DNA of 64,000 bases from Rhizophagus irregularis (taxonomy: Eukaryota), in NCBI RefSeq assembly GCF_026210795.1, contig NC_089432.1:4030001-4094000 (forward strand), in the 5' to 3' direction. The translations under genes and the position numbers were made by a program. Positions within the stretch are counted from its first letter, which is position 1. Each line of letters starts with the position of its first letter. Of this stretch, positions 25,976 to 37,605 are shown piece after piece. The notes under the pieces are model-generated. The model made no database searches and was not told the origin of the DNA. It saw nothing but the letters and a program-made list of their open reading frames with translations.

Positions 25976-27457
25976 TTTAATAACCTTGCTTTATGAAACT
26001 TAATAAAATATTATTACTTTTTTTTCTTTTAATTTTCAGTCACACCATTTCGGAAAGTATAATTTAAAAAGTTAAAAAGAAACTATATTGACTTATTGAC
26101 TTAACCTGTTAAAGGATGCGGGAGTGTAACTTTATGAAATTCTAAGAGAAATACAATTAGCTACCAGAGTGCTTTTTTCCTATAATTGTGTTGGCATAGA
26201 AAGCGAAGGTATGTACTATTGTATAAGCACTTGTAGTTTACAATCGCTTAGATCTAATAATTTTTGTTATTTCACAGATGATTGTTAAGAATACAATTGA
26301 ATTTGTTGAACAAAAGAAATATTTGGAGGATAAAGGAAATATAGACGATCAGCTTCAAAATTTACAAAATATAAATCAAGCTATTGCCCACAAGACTAGC
26401 AAAAGGGTTATTCCGAACTCTAATAACAAGTCTAAAAGTAATTCTAAGAAATTGTCTCTTAATCACTAGGTCGTTGCATAAATTCGAACATGAATTAAAA
26501 CATTGATTCAATAGAATAAAATTGCAATTTAGCGTCACTTTCGTTGTGTGTCATCGAATAAATTTTTTAATTTTCTTAATCAATAAAATTTTTTTAAAAT
26601 TAGCGAACGTAATAGAGATCATGCGAATTATTACCAATAAAATAACAAAATACTATGCAAAATTATTATTTTTTTTTTTAAAAAAAAAAATTCTAGCTAA
26701 AAAGGAAATTCATTCCTAGATTTTTTAACATACCATGATTAAATTTTATTTTATTTTATTTTATTTATTACGATTGTGTATTTATAATGCACAAATCTAA
26801 TAATTTAACATGTGATTATAAATTTTGTAGTTATATTTTTTATAGAGTCTATGAAATGTCTGTAACTCTATATATCCAACATAAATTTTATAAGATCTCA
26901 TTCAACTCACCGACAACGACAATTATACAGGTATATTATACCGACAATCAAATTACTGATAAATATATTTATTTCTTTTTGTAAATGGGAATTGTTTTTC
27001 TTTCTTGAAAATCTTGACAAGCAATCTAAAGCATATGACAATTGCAAATCAAATTCACGTATAAAATTTTAATATCAGATGTATAAATATCAATTAAATT
27101 ACATCAATATTTAACTAATTTTTTTGTATAAAAGGAAATTATATTATTTTGTACGCAGTCAATAACAATTTTTTCTAATCTCTTTTCTTCGTATTCGAAT
27201 GATACCCCTTTTTTTTATTATTTTTTTTAGTAGATATGCGCGTTTCTTCATTGAATATTTATAAGAATATAACATATAATTACAAATGTCTCATTTGTTT
27301 ATGAATAGCATAATAAATAACTAATACTTGTTAACGATAATATCAGATATACTAGAGGACGATCGATTTTTATGAGTTCAGGAAGAGCAATAATGACACA
27401 AAGTGATATAATTATAATATGATAAGTTACATCAGTTATGGGTTTTATAATGGTATT

Positions 27458-28862
27458 AGAGATGCGATCTGGATAGCCGTAGATAATCCATCACGGAATT
27501 TATCCGTTATCCGTATTTGATTATTATTATTGTGGTTTTCAAATTTCATGCCGATCATGTGTCCGATCAAATTAATATATATTTGGATAAATAGACTTAT
27601 TTAAAGGGTATGTTTTATTTCAAACTATATACTTATAAAAGTTTAAATCACAACATTTTTTAAGATACACAATAAATCAGTAAAATCACAAATAATGATC
27701 TATCCATAAAATGATACTGAAGAAAATAGGAATCCCGATGAAGTTTTCATAATAGAAGTTGCTTTTTAACCTATTTAGAAGTGATGTGCTAGACATTTGG
27801 AATTGTTAAATTGTTTATTGCATATTTCTCTAAAAAATTGATGGATTATTTAAATAATAGAAATGAAAAATAATTTTATGAGATCAAATAGTGGTGATAA
27901 GAGAGATACTATTGTATAATTATGAGTATATGAGTTTATTTATTTTGTTATTTCTGCCATTTTTTTTTTTAGAAAATTTTCTAATAATTACTTTTTGTGT
28001 TAGATATTGCATAACATACGTAAATTAATAGATTGAAAAATTAATTTAGGTAATTTAAAGTTATAGATTTATCGTTATTTTATTTTACTCGATTTTTTTT
28101 TAAAATATTTTAATATAACTCAATAATATAATTTATTTAACATATTTTAATTTTTAGTAATTTATATTTTTTTTCCAATATTTATTATCAACAATTATAA
28201 TAAAATTACTAAATTTGATTCTTTATTTTGACTTATTTACGTGGATTTAATGGATTATATGATCCACAAAGGATCTGGTGTCAAATAAAAGTAAAAAATT
28301 ATGTGAAAAAATTATTGTAAAAAAACAAACAATTTGAAACTTTGGGATAAATATTATGTATTAAAATATGTTAAGTGTTGAATGTGTTTCACATAAAGAG
28401 TATTATTTATGGTTACTATTGATTGACATAATTTTTGCATCTTTTGTAGTTGACTCACGGATCGGATTAATATTATTGAAATCGCGTTCGATTCTATATA
28501 CAGTATAAGAGATTATGCTATAATTGATTATACCCTAGCCTTAGTTATGCCAAAGGAATATCCTCCTCCTAATTTATCTTTACTCTCTTCATTGTTAGGG
28601 GTCATTAAATGAGTGGTTATATATCACATGATTGCCAATCATTTGCGATAGTTAATATCACGTGACCCTGCATTTTGAGTTTTTTTACTTTTTTTAACCT
28701 GTAAATGAGTATTGTTTGCTATATACTATTGTATAACAACAGATAACGGATTATCCGATGGACTAATCCAGATTTATCCATTACGGATGATGCATCCAGA
28801 AAATTATTCGTTATCTGGATTCGGATATAAAGAGGATCATCCGAATGAATGGATTTCGGTAT
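27458..28862. mobile_element. Possible degraded hAT-like non-autonomous element
   Basis: Starts TAGAGATG; clusters of ATCCG/CGGAT motifs at 27468-27515 and 28741-28860; a similar cluster lies at 59270-59400. Right end and TSD not resolved. Confidence 0.4.
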
Positions 28863-29162
28863 ATGATATACCATAAATGTTCAGATCATTATTTATATTA
28901 ATTCGGTAATTCAAAACCTTATTATATGAGAGTTTCATTTTAATCTATTTGCACCTTATGATATTTAAACGTTATACCAATAAACAAAGAATTTATAATA
29001 TTAACCAATTAATTAACTTAACTGATTTTTAATAGGTTAACGCTCTAATACTGGTTTGCAGATCTATTTTATTGTTTATCTGCATTAATTCTTAATAAAA
29101 TCAACATTTTTTTTGACTTTATTTAAAATAATTTTTTTTTTTAATTTCTTTCAAGATTTAAA

Positions 29163-30857
29163 ATGATAATTCAAAACGAAAATACTTATAGTTCTGATAC
29201 TTCATCTACCTCTTCTATTCCTCCCTCGCTTATAAATGAATTAAATAGATTGAACTTCAATGAAGAACGTCTAAAACGCTATGCCGATGAGTCAATTAAT
29301 TTAATTTCCAATAACAAAGAAAATGAATTAAGGACTAAAACTACATTTTTACGAGAAATGGCTATTTCCGAAATACTCAATAACATCAAACTTTCAATGA
29401 AAGTTGATCTTTGCTTTGTATTAGATTGCACTGATTCTATGAGGTATCATATTGCTGCTGCTAAAGACTGTATCTTTAAAGTGACGAATTATATTAAACA
29501 TACAAATCCAAGCATTGAACTTTGGGTTGGTTTTTGTGGCTATCGAGATCATAATGATGGATCTTCGCGTCTACAAATTTTCGATTTTAACGACCAATAT
29601 GACCAATTTGTACAATATATGCTTAATGTAACACCGTCTAGTTCACCAGATAATGATATTCCAGAGGATGTTCTTGGAGGTCTTAATGCAGCAATAACAA
29701 AAATGAATTGGAAAAATGACACTCGGATTCTTCTTCATATTGGTGATAATCCACCACATGGTGGGAATTTTACAAATTTGACAGATAATTATCCAAATGG
29801 TGATCCATATGGTCTAACCGCAGAAAATGTACTAGAAAAGATGAAATCAAAAAGTATTCTTTATTTTTTTGGGAAAATTACAAATGAAACTGATAAAATG
29901 CTTAAAATATTCAGTGGTATAATTGGCGAAATCCCTGTATTTGATCTTATGGAAGATGATTCAATTAAATTATTTGAAAAATTTATTAAATTTGTTTCAT
30001 CATCAATCACTACTTCCGTTACACTAGTCAGTGTGATCGGAAGCAACTCTAAAGATATATATGCTTTACAACAAAGAAAACTCAATATGAATCCAAATGA
30101 ACCCAATTGGGATAATCTTAAATTACAAAAAGGAAATCTGTTGTGGTATTATTGTATTCCTAAAACTCTGGATGATCTCAAAAATCCAGGATACTTCAAC
30201 AAATCGAACCTCTCTTATAAAAGTTTCACCTTCAAGATTGCTTCACAACCGTTTTCTGCGGGTGCTGAGAAATATGCTTACTTTGCTCGTGATATCAAGA
30301 GTAAACCAGAAAAAGAAATAGTAATGAAAGAATACCTTAAAGTTGGGCGAAATAAATCTTTTGAAAGATATCTTGAGGCAGTAGAAGTTTCTACGGTTGC
30401 ACATTTTCTTTCTACGAAATTTAATTTAATTGCAGAAAAAAAAAATATTTCTAAAGTAAATTTTCTCGAGGTGAAACTTTTACGTGTTTGTAATCGATAT
30501 TATACTATAGAACCAAAACTTAATGCAGAGTATAAACGATTCAATTCAAATACTGGTGTAATTTCAAAACTTCGTCATACTCTTGAAGCATTTGCTCACT
30601 TCACATATGAATACACTAAAGGATATTTAGTGGTTTGTGATCTTCAAGGAATTGAAATAACTGACAAATTATTAACATTTCAAGGAATTGAAGTAGTTAC
30701 TGACGAATTCTTATTAACTGATCCAGCAATACATTGTATTAATCCTTTGAGATTTGGAGGAACAAATATTGGCAAAAAGGGAATTAACGAATTGTTCTTG
30801 GCAAATCATAGGTGCAATGATATTTGTAAAAAGTTAAAATTGAGTCATGTTCAATAA
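29163..30857 (+). CDS. vWA-domain alpha-kinase (eEF2K/MHCK-type, VwkA-like architecture)
   Basis: Intronless 564-aa ORF. vWA: DLCFVLDCTDSM, GYRDH, PEDVLGGL, IGDNPPHG. Alpha-kinase: PFSAGAEKYAY, VMKEY, RFNSNTG, AFAHFTYE, DLQG, LTDPAIH, HRCNDIC. Confidence 0.92.
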   Translation: MIIQNENTYSSDTSSTSSIPPSLINELNRLNFNEERLKRYADESINLISNNKENELRTKTTFLREMAISEILNNIKLSMKVDLCFVLDCTDSMRYHIAAAKDCIFKVTNYIKHTNPSIELWVGFCGYRDHNDGSSRLQIFDFNDQYDQFVQYMLNVTPSSSPDNDIPEDVLGGLNAAITKMNWKNDTRILLHIGDNPPHGGNFTNLTDNYPNGDPYGLTAENVLEKMKSKSILYFFGKITNETDKMLKIFSGIIGEIPVFDLMEDDSIKLFEKFIKFVSSSITTSVTLVSVIGSNSKDIYALQQRKLNMNPNEPNWDNLKLQKGNLLWYYCIPKTLDDLKNPGYFNKSNLSYKSFTFKIASQPFSAGAEKYAYFARDIKSKPEKEIVMKEYLKVGRNKSFERYLEAVEVSTVAHFLSTKFNLIAEKKNISKVNFLEVKLLRVCNRYYTIEPKLNAEYKRFNSNTGVISKLRHTLEAFAHFTYEYTKGYLVVCDLQGIEITDKLLTFQGIEVVTDEFLLTDPAIHCINPLRFGGTNIGKKGINELFLANHRCNDICKKLKLSHVQ

Positions 30858-32076
30858 TTTTAATATATTAGATTCAATATCAAAAATGTGACTGTATTAT
30901 GAATTTACAATCAATGTAATATTTATAAATTTATTTAAATAAAATATTATCTGAATATAATAACCGATTAAAAAAATCATTAAGAATTTTGAGACATTAC
31001 TTGTTTTTTATTGAACTGTTAACAATCCTAAAATTAATCAAGCAATATTATAAAATCCATTTGATTTATCGTAGAATTCAGTGATGACTTTCATACAGTA
31101 TAACGATTAAGGAATAAATCTATTATAGATATTGTATTTATAATAAATTTAATAAATAAATATTGTAATTCCATGTTAGCTATAATTATTACTAGACATA
31201 AGGTATAGTTGTTTCTCTTTTGCAAAAAAATTGTAACAAATCGCAAAATTTACATATACTGTATCTTAAGTTGTATGACTTGAAAATTTTGTGTAAATCT
31301 CATCATTCCCTGAGGAAACGGTTTTTTATAGCCTAAAATTTATGTTATGTTTTAACCTCAGCAGCAAAGAGATAATAAGAAATAGAATCAGTATATCGGG
31401 CAAATATTTAAAGGTATTTAAATACATTATGATCACTAAATTTACTAAATTACTCACAGGTTTTTGAGTTTGCTAAAGTCAATTGTTAAAAATTAAACTT
31501 CTGTGGAAACTAAAATCTTTTAAATGAAATTAAGATATAAGTATGGAAATAATGAGATTTTAGAATCATGACAGCGACCATTATTTAAATTTTGTAATAT
31601 ATATTTATTTTTGGATCATTTTAACGCTCACTGGAGGTGAAATTCACCATATCACGTGATATTTATTATCGTAGAGTAAAAAACAGACAATAGCCTTTTC
31701 CTATTCGGTAATCTGTCGTACTCTCTGAAATATAGTGGTACAATTTTTTTTTATATTTTTTAAAATAATGTGCCCCATAGACTCCCGGTCAAACGATCAT
31801 CAAAACACTTGCAAAGTATACTCTTTTTTGGTTGTGATCAACACGAAAAGTTTGCCTGCGAATTTAATATCTTAGATTTTAGATTATAGATTTAATAATA
31901 AGAATAATGAATCCTAAATCTAAGAGTATAACGCCCACCCTCCCTCCTTATGAACCGATGGGCTATATATATTTTTTTTCCTTCATTTTTTTTCATTTTA
32001 AAAAAAAAAAAAAAATTTCGGGTTACTCTACGTATTACGCAATATTTACTTACGCAAAAAAAAAAATTTTATTTTA

Positions 32077-32235
32077 TACCCAATATAATTTATTAATTTA
32101 TTCAACAAATCAAAAAAATTTTCTTCATTGTCTTCATATATAAAAAATTACTCAAATACCCAATATAATTTATCAATTTATTCAACAAATCAAAAAAATT
32201 TTCTTCATTGTCTTCATATATAAAAAATTACTCAA
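32077..32235 (+). repeat. Tandem duplication of an 80-bp unit
   Basis: tacccaatataattta...tgtcttcatatataaaaaattactcaa occurs twice, nearly identical. Confidence 0.9.
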
Positions 32236-32856
32236 TGTATTATGCAATATTTACAAAAAATAAAATAAAGAAAATTTTACGTATTACTCAATATATACTG
32301 TATTATATAATATAAAATTTGTCAATTTATGTAAAAATAAATAAACCCATATATTACTGCAATATAAAATTTATTTTTTTCATAAAAATTTTTCAAAATT
32401 AACTTATTACGAAAATTATTACGAAAAATATATTTCGTAAAAATTATTTTTTCTTCATAAAAATTTTACACATTACTCAATCAATCAATATATTTTCCAG
32501 TATAAAATTTATTTATTCATAAAAAAATAATTTAAATCAAAGAAAAAAAACTGATCTTTATTTGTTTCCTATCTCTTTTTTTTTACTCATTTACTCAATC
32601 AAATTTCATAATTTCATAATTTTTACATTTACATAAATAAATAAATCGAATAAATTCATGTAAAAAAACTGGTATAAAAACAATTTTTTTTTTCGTGACT
32701 TTTATTTGACTGTTCTAATTTCCATAAAGGTATAAATAAATAAATAAATAATTACATATAATACAAAATATTACATTAATCAAAATATAAATTATTTCCA
32801 AATATATAAGTTGTTTACGATATAATATAAATTTTTATAGGCAATTTCTATTTGTA

Positions 32857-33089
32857 CACGGGGTGTTTAAACACGGGTCATATTAGTATATTAAAAACGG
32901 CATTCAAAACCTTCTTTAATGCCTTAAGTAAACTTGCAGAGCAGGTGAAAATACATATATTTATCTGTAATATAATAAGAATAAAAAGTAAAAGAGTATA
33001 ATGTCAGTAGCATTCAATTTCAAATTAAAAAACAAAAAATTAGTCTATTAAAAATTATATTTATATGACCCGTGTACAAACACCCCGTG
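32857..33089. mobile_element. Tc1/mariner-type MITE
   Basis: 27-bp TIR cacggggtgttt(aa/gt)acacgggtcatat, TA on both sides. Confidence 0.85.
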
Positions 33090-33701
33090 TAAACTTTGAA
33101 ATTTTCATTTTTATATATTATCTATATAAAAAAAGGAAAGATTCGGATGATGTGGCTTAAATAATTACAATATTACATAAATTACTCGTGCTTCTAAAAA
33201 AAAAAATCCTAAAATAGGTTTTTTTGCGGCGATCAGACTCCTTTATTTTATTATCGAAAAAAAAAAATAGATCTTTAGTTAATCAAATCAAATAAATTTT
33301 TTTTAAAAAAAACGAATCTTTATTCTGGAGTGCAAGAATGATTATTAAAAAGAATCCACTCTTTATCATATTTTTTTTAAAAACTTTAATAAAAGAATTC
33401 CTTATATTTTAATTGAAACATTTTTTTTAAGTCTTTTTTTTTAATTTTTTTAAATAAAAAAAAATTTCATGTAATTAAAATAAAAATAAAAATATTTCAT
33501 GTCGTAAATTCATACACTTTGCATTTTTTTTTCTTCAGATTAAAACCCGATTATCATTTCATCTATTTAATATTTGTATATAAATACTCTGATATTTTTT
33601 TTACTTAAAAAAAAAACGTATATTTATATTTTTCAAATATACAGTTTTATTCTTAAAAAAAAAAAAAAATTACAATATCTTTTCTACCTCCTATATCCCT
33701 A

Positions 33702-34657
33702 ATGCCAGCAAAGTTGAGTACGATATGCTATATTCACGATTCAACCCAGAGGTCGACAAAGGAATATAGTATAAAGAAATAACTGGAATATCCAGACTGA
33801 GTGATGAAGACCCAACCAAAATCATATATCTAAAAATTAAAGCGTTTGTTCCATTGGATAAAGAAATTGATACACAAATCGAAGAATTTGAAAATGGCCA
33901 GATAATTTACTTGAGAGGTAAATTTATTGCCTGCAATGGATGGTACACGGTAATGTTACTTATTTTTAGTTCAAAAAACAAAAATTAAAATAAAATAAAA
34001 ATTAGTATCAAATTATTAATTTTGAAAAAATTGAATTAATAGGTCAATGCTACATCCATTAAACCTATGCCAAGTCTTGATTTTGATATGATGCCAGCTG
34101 TAGGCATAAACATAATGATGACAGGTTTGACCACTCAAACTGTTAAAAATGTAGGTGACGAATCTGTTCTTGACTTTCACGTGGAAGAAAATCTTGGAAA
34201 TAGAGAACCAAAGGATTTTTGGTTAGAGATGAGACATAATTCAAATATTAATTATTTGGCCAATAAAACTAATTCTATCAATCAAACCATGAGATCTACA
34301 ATGGCAATTTTATCAGGCCTACTCTATTATCAAGAATCCATCATAGATACCAGCACAACTGAAGAGTCTATACCTGGGAAACATATCTTGAAATTAGATG
34401 ATATATCACTAATTTCTAGCAACCGACCTAATACATCTGCTCAATCCATTAATCTACCATAGTTGAACCAAGAGTCAACAAGTTCAAGGAACACACCTCG
34501 TACACCAAGAGGATCTACACCACGTTTAAAAAGAGGTCGTGTTACACTTTCACAACTATCTTCCACCAGGAAGACTCGAAGCCAATCACTAGCATCCGCA
34601 TTACAAAAAAACCCCCTTCCAACCATGACCCAAAACGAAACCTCTAGTGAAACTTAA
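33702..34657 (+). pseudogene. Two-exon pseudogene of unknown function with a basic Ser/Thr/Arg-rich tail
   Basis: ATG at 33702; 1-nt deletion near 33773; GT-AG intron 33950-34042 in frame; TAG at 34460-62 in ..SINLP*LNQ.. (probably from TGG), with the frame continuing to TAA at 34657. Confidence 0.75.
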
Positions 34658-35369
34658 ATAATAAAATTTATTTTCTTATTCTTTTTTAAAAATATATATA
34701 TATATATTTTTTTAACCATATAATTGCTGAGCATAAAAAAGTCAATAATAAACAAAAAAAGTATCAGAGATTGCATAAAACTTATTTTCCTTTATTAAAT
34801 ATATAAAATTTTTCACATTAATTTTTAATTTATTGTATTTTTTTTTAAATAATAAATAAAATTAAAACAATACACCAAATGAAACAATTTATTTTTCTTC
34901 ATTATTCTAATGATGATTTACAACATTTATGATAATCTCGTTTAAACAAATGCATTCTTACATTTCTAAAATTTATGATCTTTAATTATTTTAATATTAA
35001 AAAATAATATGCTCCAATCCCTGATTGTTGATCCCGTGATGCTATTAATTAATACGCTCGAATTTGTCCCCATCAGTTCCGTGTTCTGTGGTGGGTACTG
35101 AAACAAAAAAAATACTGGCTAGTTATTATATTAAAATTTAGTAAAATTCATTGCATCAAATTTTTTTTGTGTTTGAATAAACATATAAAAAAAAGTTTTT
35201 TCTATTGACCATTTAAGCATAAATTTTTAAAGTTTTATTGACAAAAAGTTTCTTTTTAAATTAACATAACTTCAATTAAACTATTACACCCATCCACTAA
35301 CCATTTAATCCAGATTTTTCATTAATTTAAAACCTATAGTAATGCATAATATATAATCCTTTATAATAA

Positions 35370-35791
35370 TGAAAAATGAAATGAAAGTGAAATAGGTTGA
35401 TGAAAACAGAAATGGGATGATGTAAAACAAAATGAAACAATACAAAGTGAATTGAGATGATGAAAAATAATGTGGAATGTTGCAAAACGAAATGGAGTGA
35501 TGAAAAACGATATGGAGCAATATGGAGTGATGAAAACTGATATGAAACGATATGAAGCGATATAGAGTGATGAAAACAATATGAAGTGATATAGAGTGAT
35601 GAAAAACGATATGGAGCGATATGGAGCGATATGGAGTAATGAAAAATGATATGGAGCGATATGGAGTGATGAAAACCAATATGGAACGATATGAAGCGAT
35701 ATGGCGTGATGAAAAACAATATGAAGCAATATAGAGTGATGAAAAACGATATGGAGCGATATGGAGTGATGAAAAATGATATGGAGCAATA
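35370..35791 (+). repeat. Minisatellite of 10-bp modules (GATATGGAGC / GATATGGAGT-GATGAAAAAC), left half
   Basis: Direct reading; the array continues at 37096-37605 beyond an inserted element. Confidence 0.9.
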
Positions 35792-37095
35792 GGACCCCAG
35801 AAAATGCTTATATATGTAAGGTACCAAGGTGCTTAGCCAACATAGAAAAGTTTTATGATGTAAGAATTTTATAATGCTTAATTTTAAGAAAATTTTATAC
35901 TATGTAAGATAATTAAATTGCATATTTTTGGTATTATTTTAAAATACTAAGAGTTTTTAGTTGCTTATTTTTCATATTTATATAACTTTTTAAAATATTA
36001 TATATTGAATTTATAATTAATTTTTATTTTATTTTCACTAACAGTGAGTGTTAATTTTGTACTACATTTCACAATTTTATATAAATACATAAACAAAAAT
36101 TTTTTTTGATAAAATTTCATTTTTTTTTTTCAATGTTTTATTAATTCTGTCAATAGTATCTTTTTAATTTTTATTAAACTCAGTGTATTATTTTTAATAT
36201 AAAATTACTATATTATACATGTTTATTTTGTTAAATAAAATTACTATAAATATGTTTTACTTTAAAATATAATTTCACTACTCACCACTTTGATTATATT
36301 AAATTATCTTTTATGCTTAAGTAAGTTTGTTCAGCAAGTTAAATCTACTTGTATTTTAATTTTCATAAGGCTAAGTATGATATTTATATAGAAAAGCATA
36401 TTTTTTTTAACGGTAATAACTTTTAAATTTTTCACTTTTTCGTTTATAACTTCAGAGCGTAATTACACCACTTCAGTCAAATGAAATCGACTTTCTAAAT
36501 TAATTGAAAGTTGTTCAGCAAGGTCGAAACTACTTATATATTAATTTTCATGAGTGTGGGTACAATACCTATGGTGAAAATGCATTTTTCATAACGGTAC
36601 TACCTTCCGAATTTTTCATTTCTCCGTTCACAACTTTAGAGCGTAATTACACCTCTTTGGTCAAATAAAATCGACTTTCTAAATTAATTGAATATTGTTC
36701 AGCAAGGTCGAAACTACCTACATATTAATGTTTATGGGTGTAAGTATAATACTTATGGAGAAATTTACATTTTTTGTAATAGTATTAATTTCGAATTTTT
36801 CTTTTACTGTTTATTAACTTTATTAATTGAATATTGTTAATCTACTTGTATATTATGTTTAGTTTAGCTTCACAACATATTTAAAATTGGATTTAATAAA
36901 ATATATTAATTAATAAATATATTTTATAAATTATATATGTTATAATAAAAATTTAATTAGGTTATTGCTTATTTTTATATAATTTTTAAGGTTAGATATC
37001 AACAATTCTTAGCGATCATAGTAAAAACCTATGCTTAGAGCTACTAATAAAAAATATTTTTGGGACCTTACCTATATAAGTATTTTCCGGGGTCC
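35792..37095. mobile_element. Mutator-like non-autonomous element inserted in the minisatellite
   Basis: 36-bp TIR ggacccc(a/g)gaaaat(g/a)cttatata(t/g)gtaaggt(a/c)ccaa; 10-bp TSD TGGAGCAATA at 35782-91 and 37096-105; internal ~184-bp tandem units starting at ~36328, 36512 and 36696. Confidence 0.85.
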
Positions 37096-37605
37096 TGGAG
37101 CAATATGGAGTGATGAAAAATGATATGGAGCAATATGGAGTGATGAAAACTGATATGAAGCAATATGGAGTGATGAAAACCGATATGAAGCGATATGGAG
37201 TGATGAAAACCAATATGGAACGATATGAAGCGATATGGAGTGATATGGAGTGATGAAAAGCGATATGGAGCAATATGGAGTGATGAAAACTGATATGAAG
37301 TGATATGGAGTGATGAAAACTGATATGAAGCGATATGGAGTGATATAGAGTGATGAAAACTGATATGAAATGATATGAAGCGATATGGAGTGATGAAAAA
37401 TGATATGAAGCGGTATTGAGTGATGAAAACTGATATGAAACGATATGAAGCAATATAGAGTGATGAAAAATGATATTGAGCGATATGGAGTGATGAAAAA
37501 TGATATGGAGCAATATGGAATGATATGGAGCGATATAGAGTGATGAAAAGCGATATGGAGTAATGAAAAATGATATGAAGTGATATGGAGTGATGAAAAA
37601 TGTTA
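37096..37605 (+). repeat. Minisatellite of 10-bp modules, right half
   Basis: Same modules and orientation as 35370-35791. Confidence 0.9.

Noticed and set aside
26100..26469. Possible two-exon gene remnant
   Set aside because: One plausible intron, but the upstream frame is broken and no motif is recognisable.
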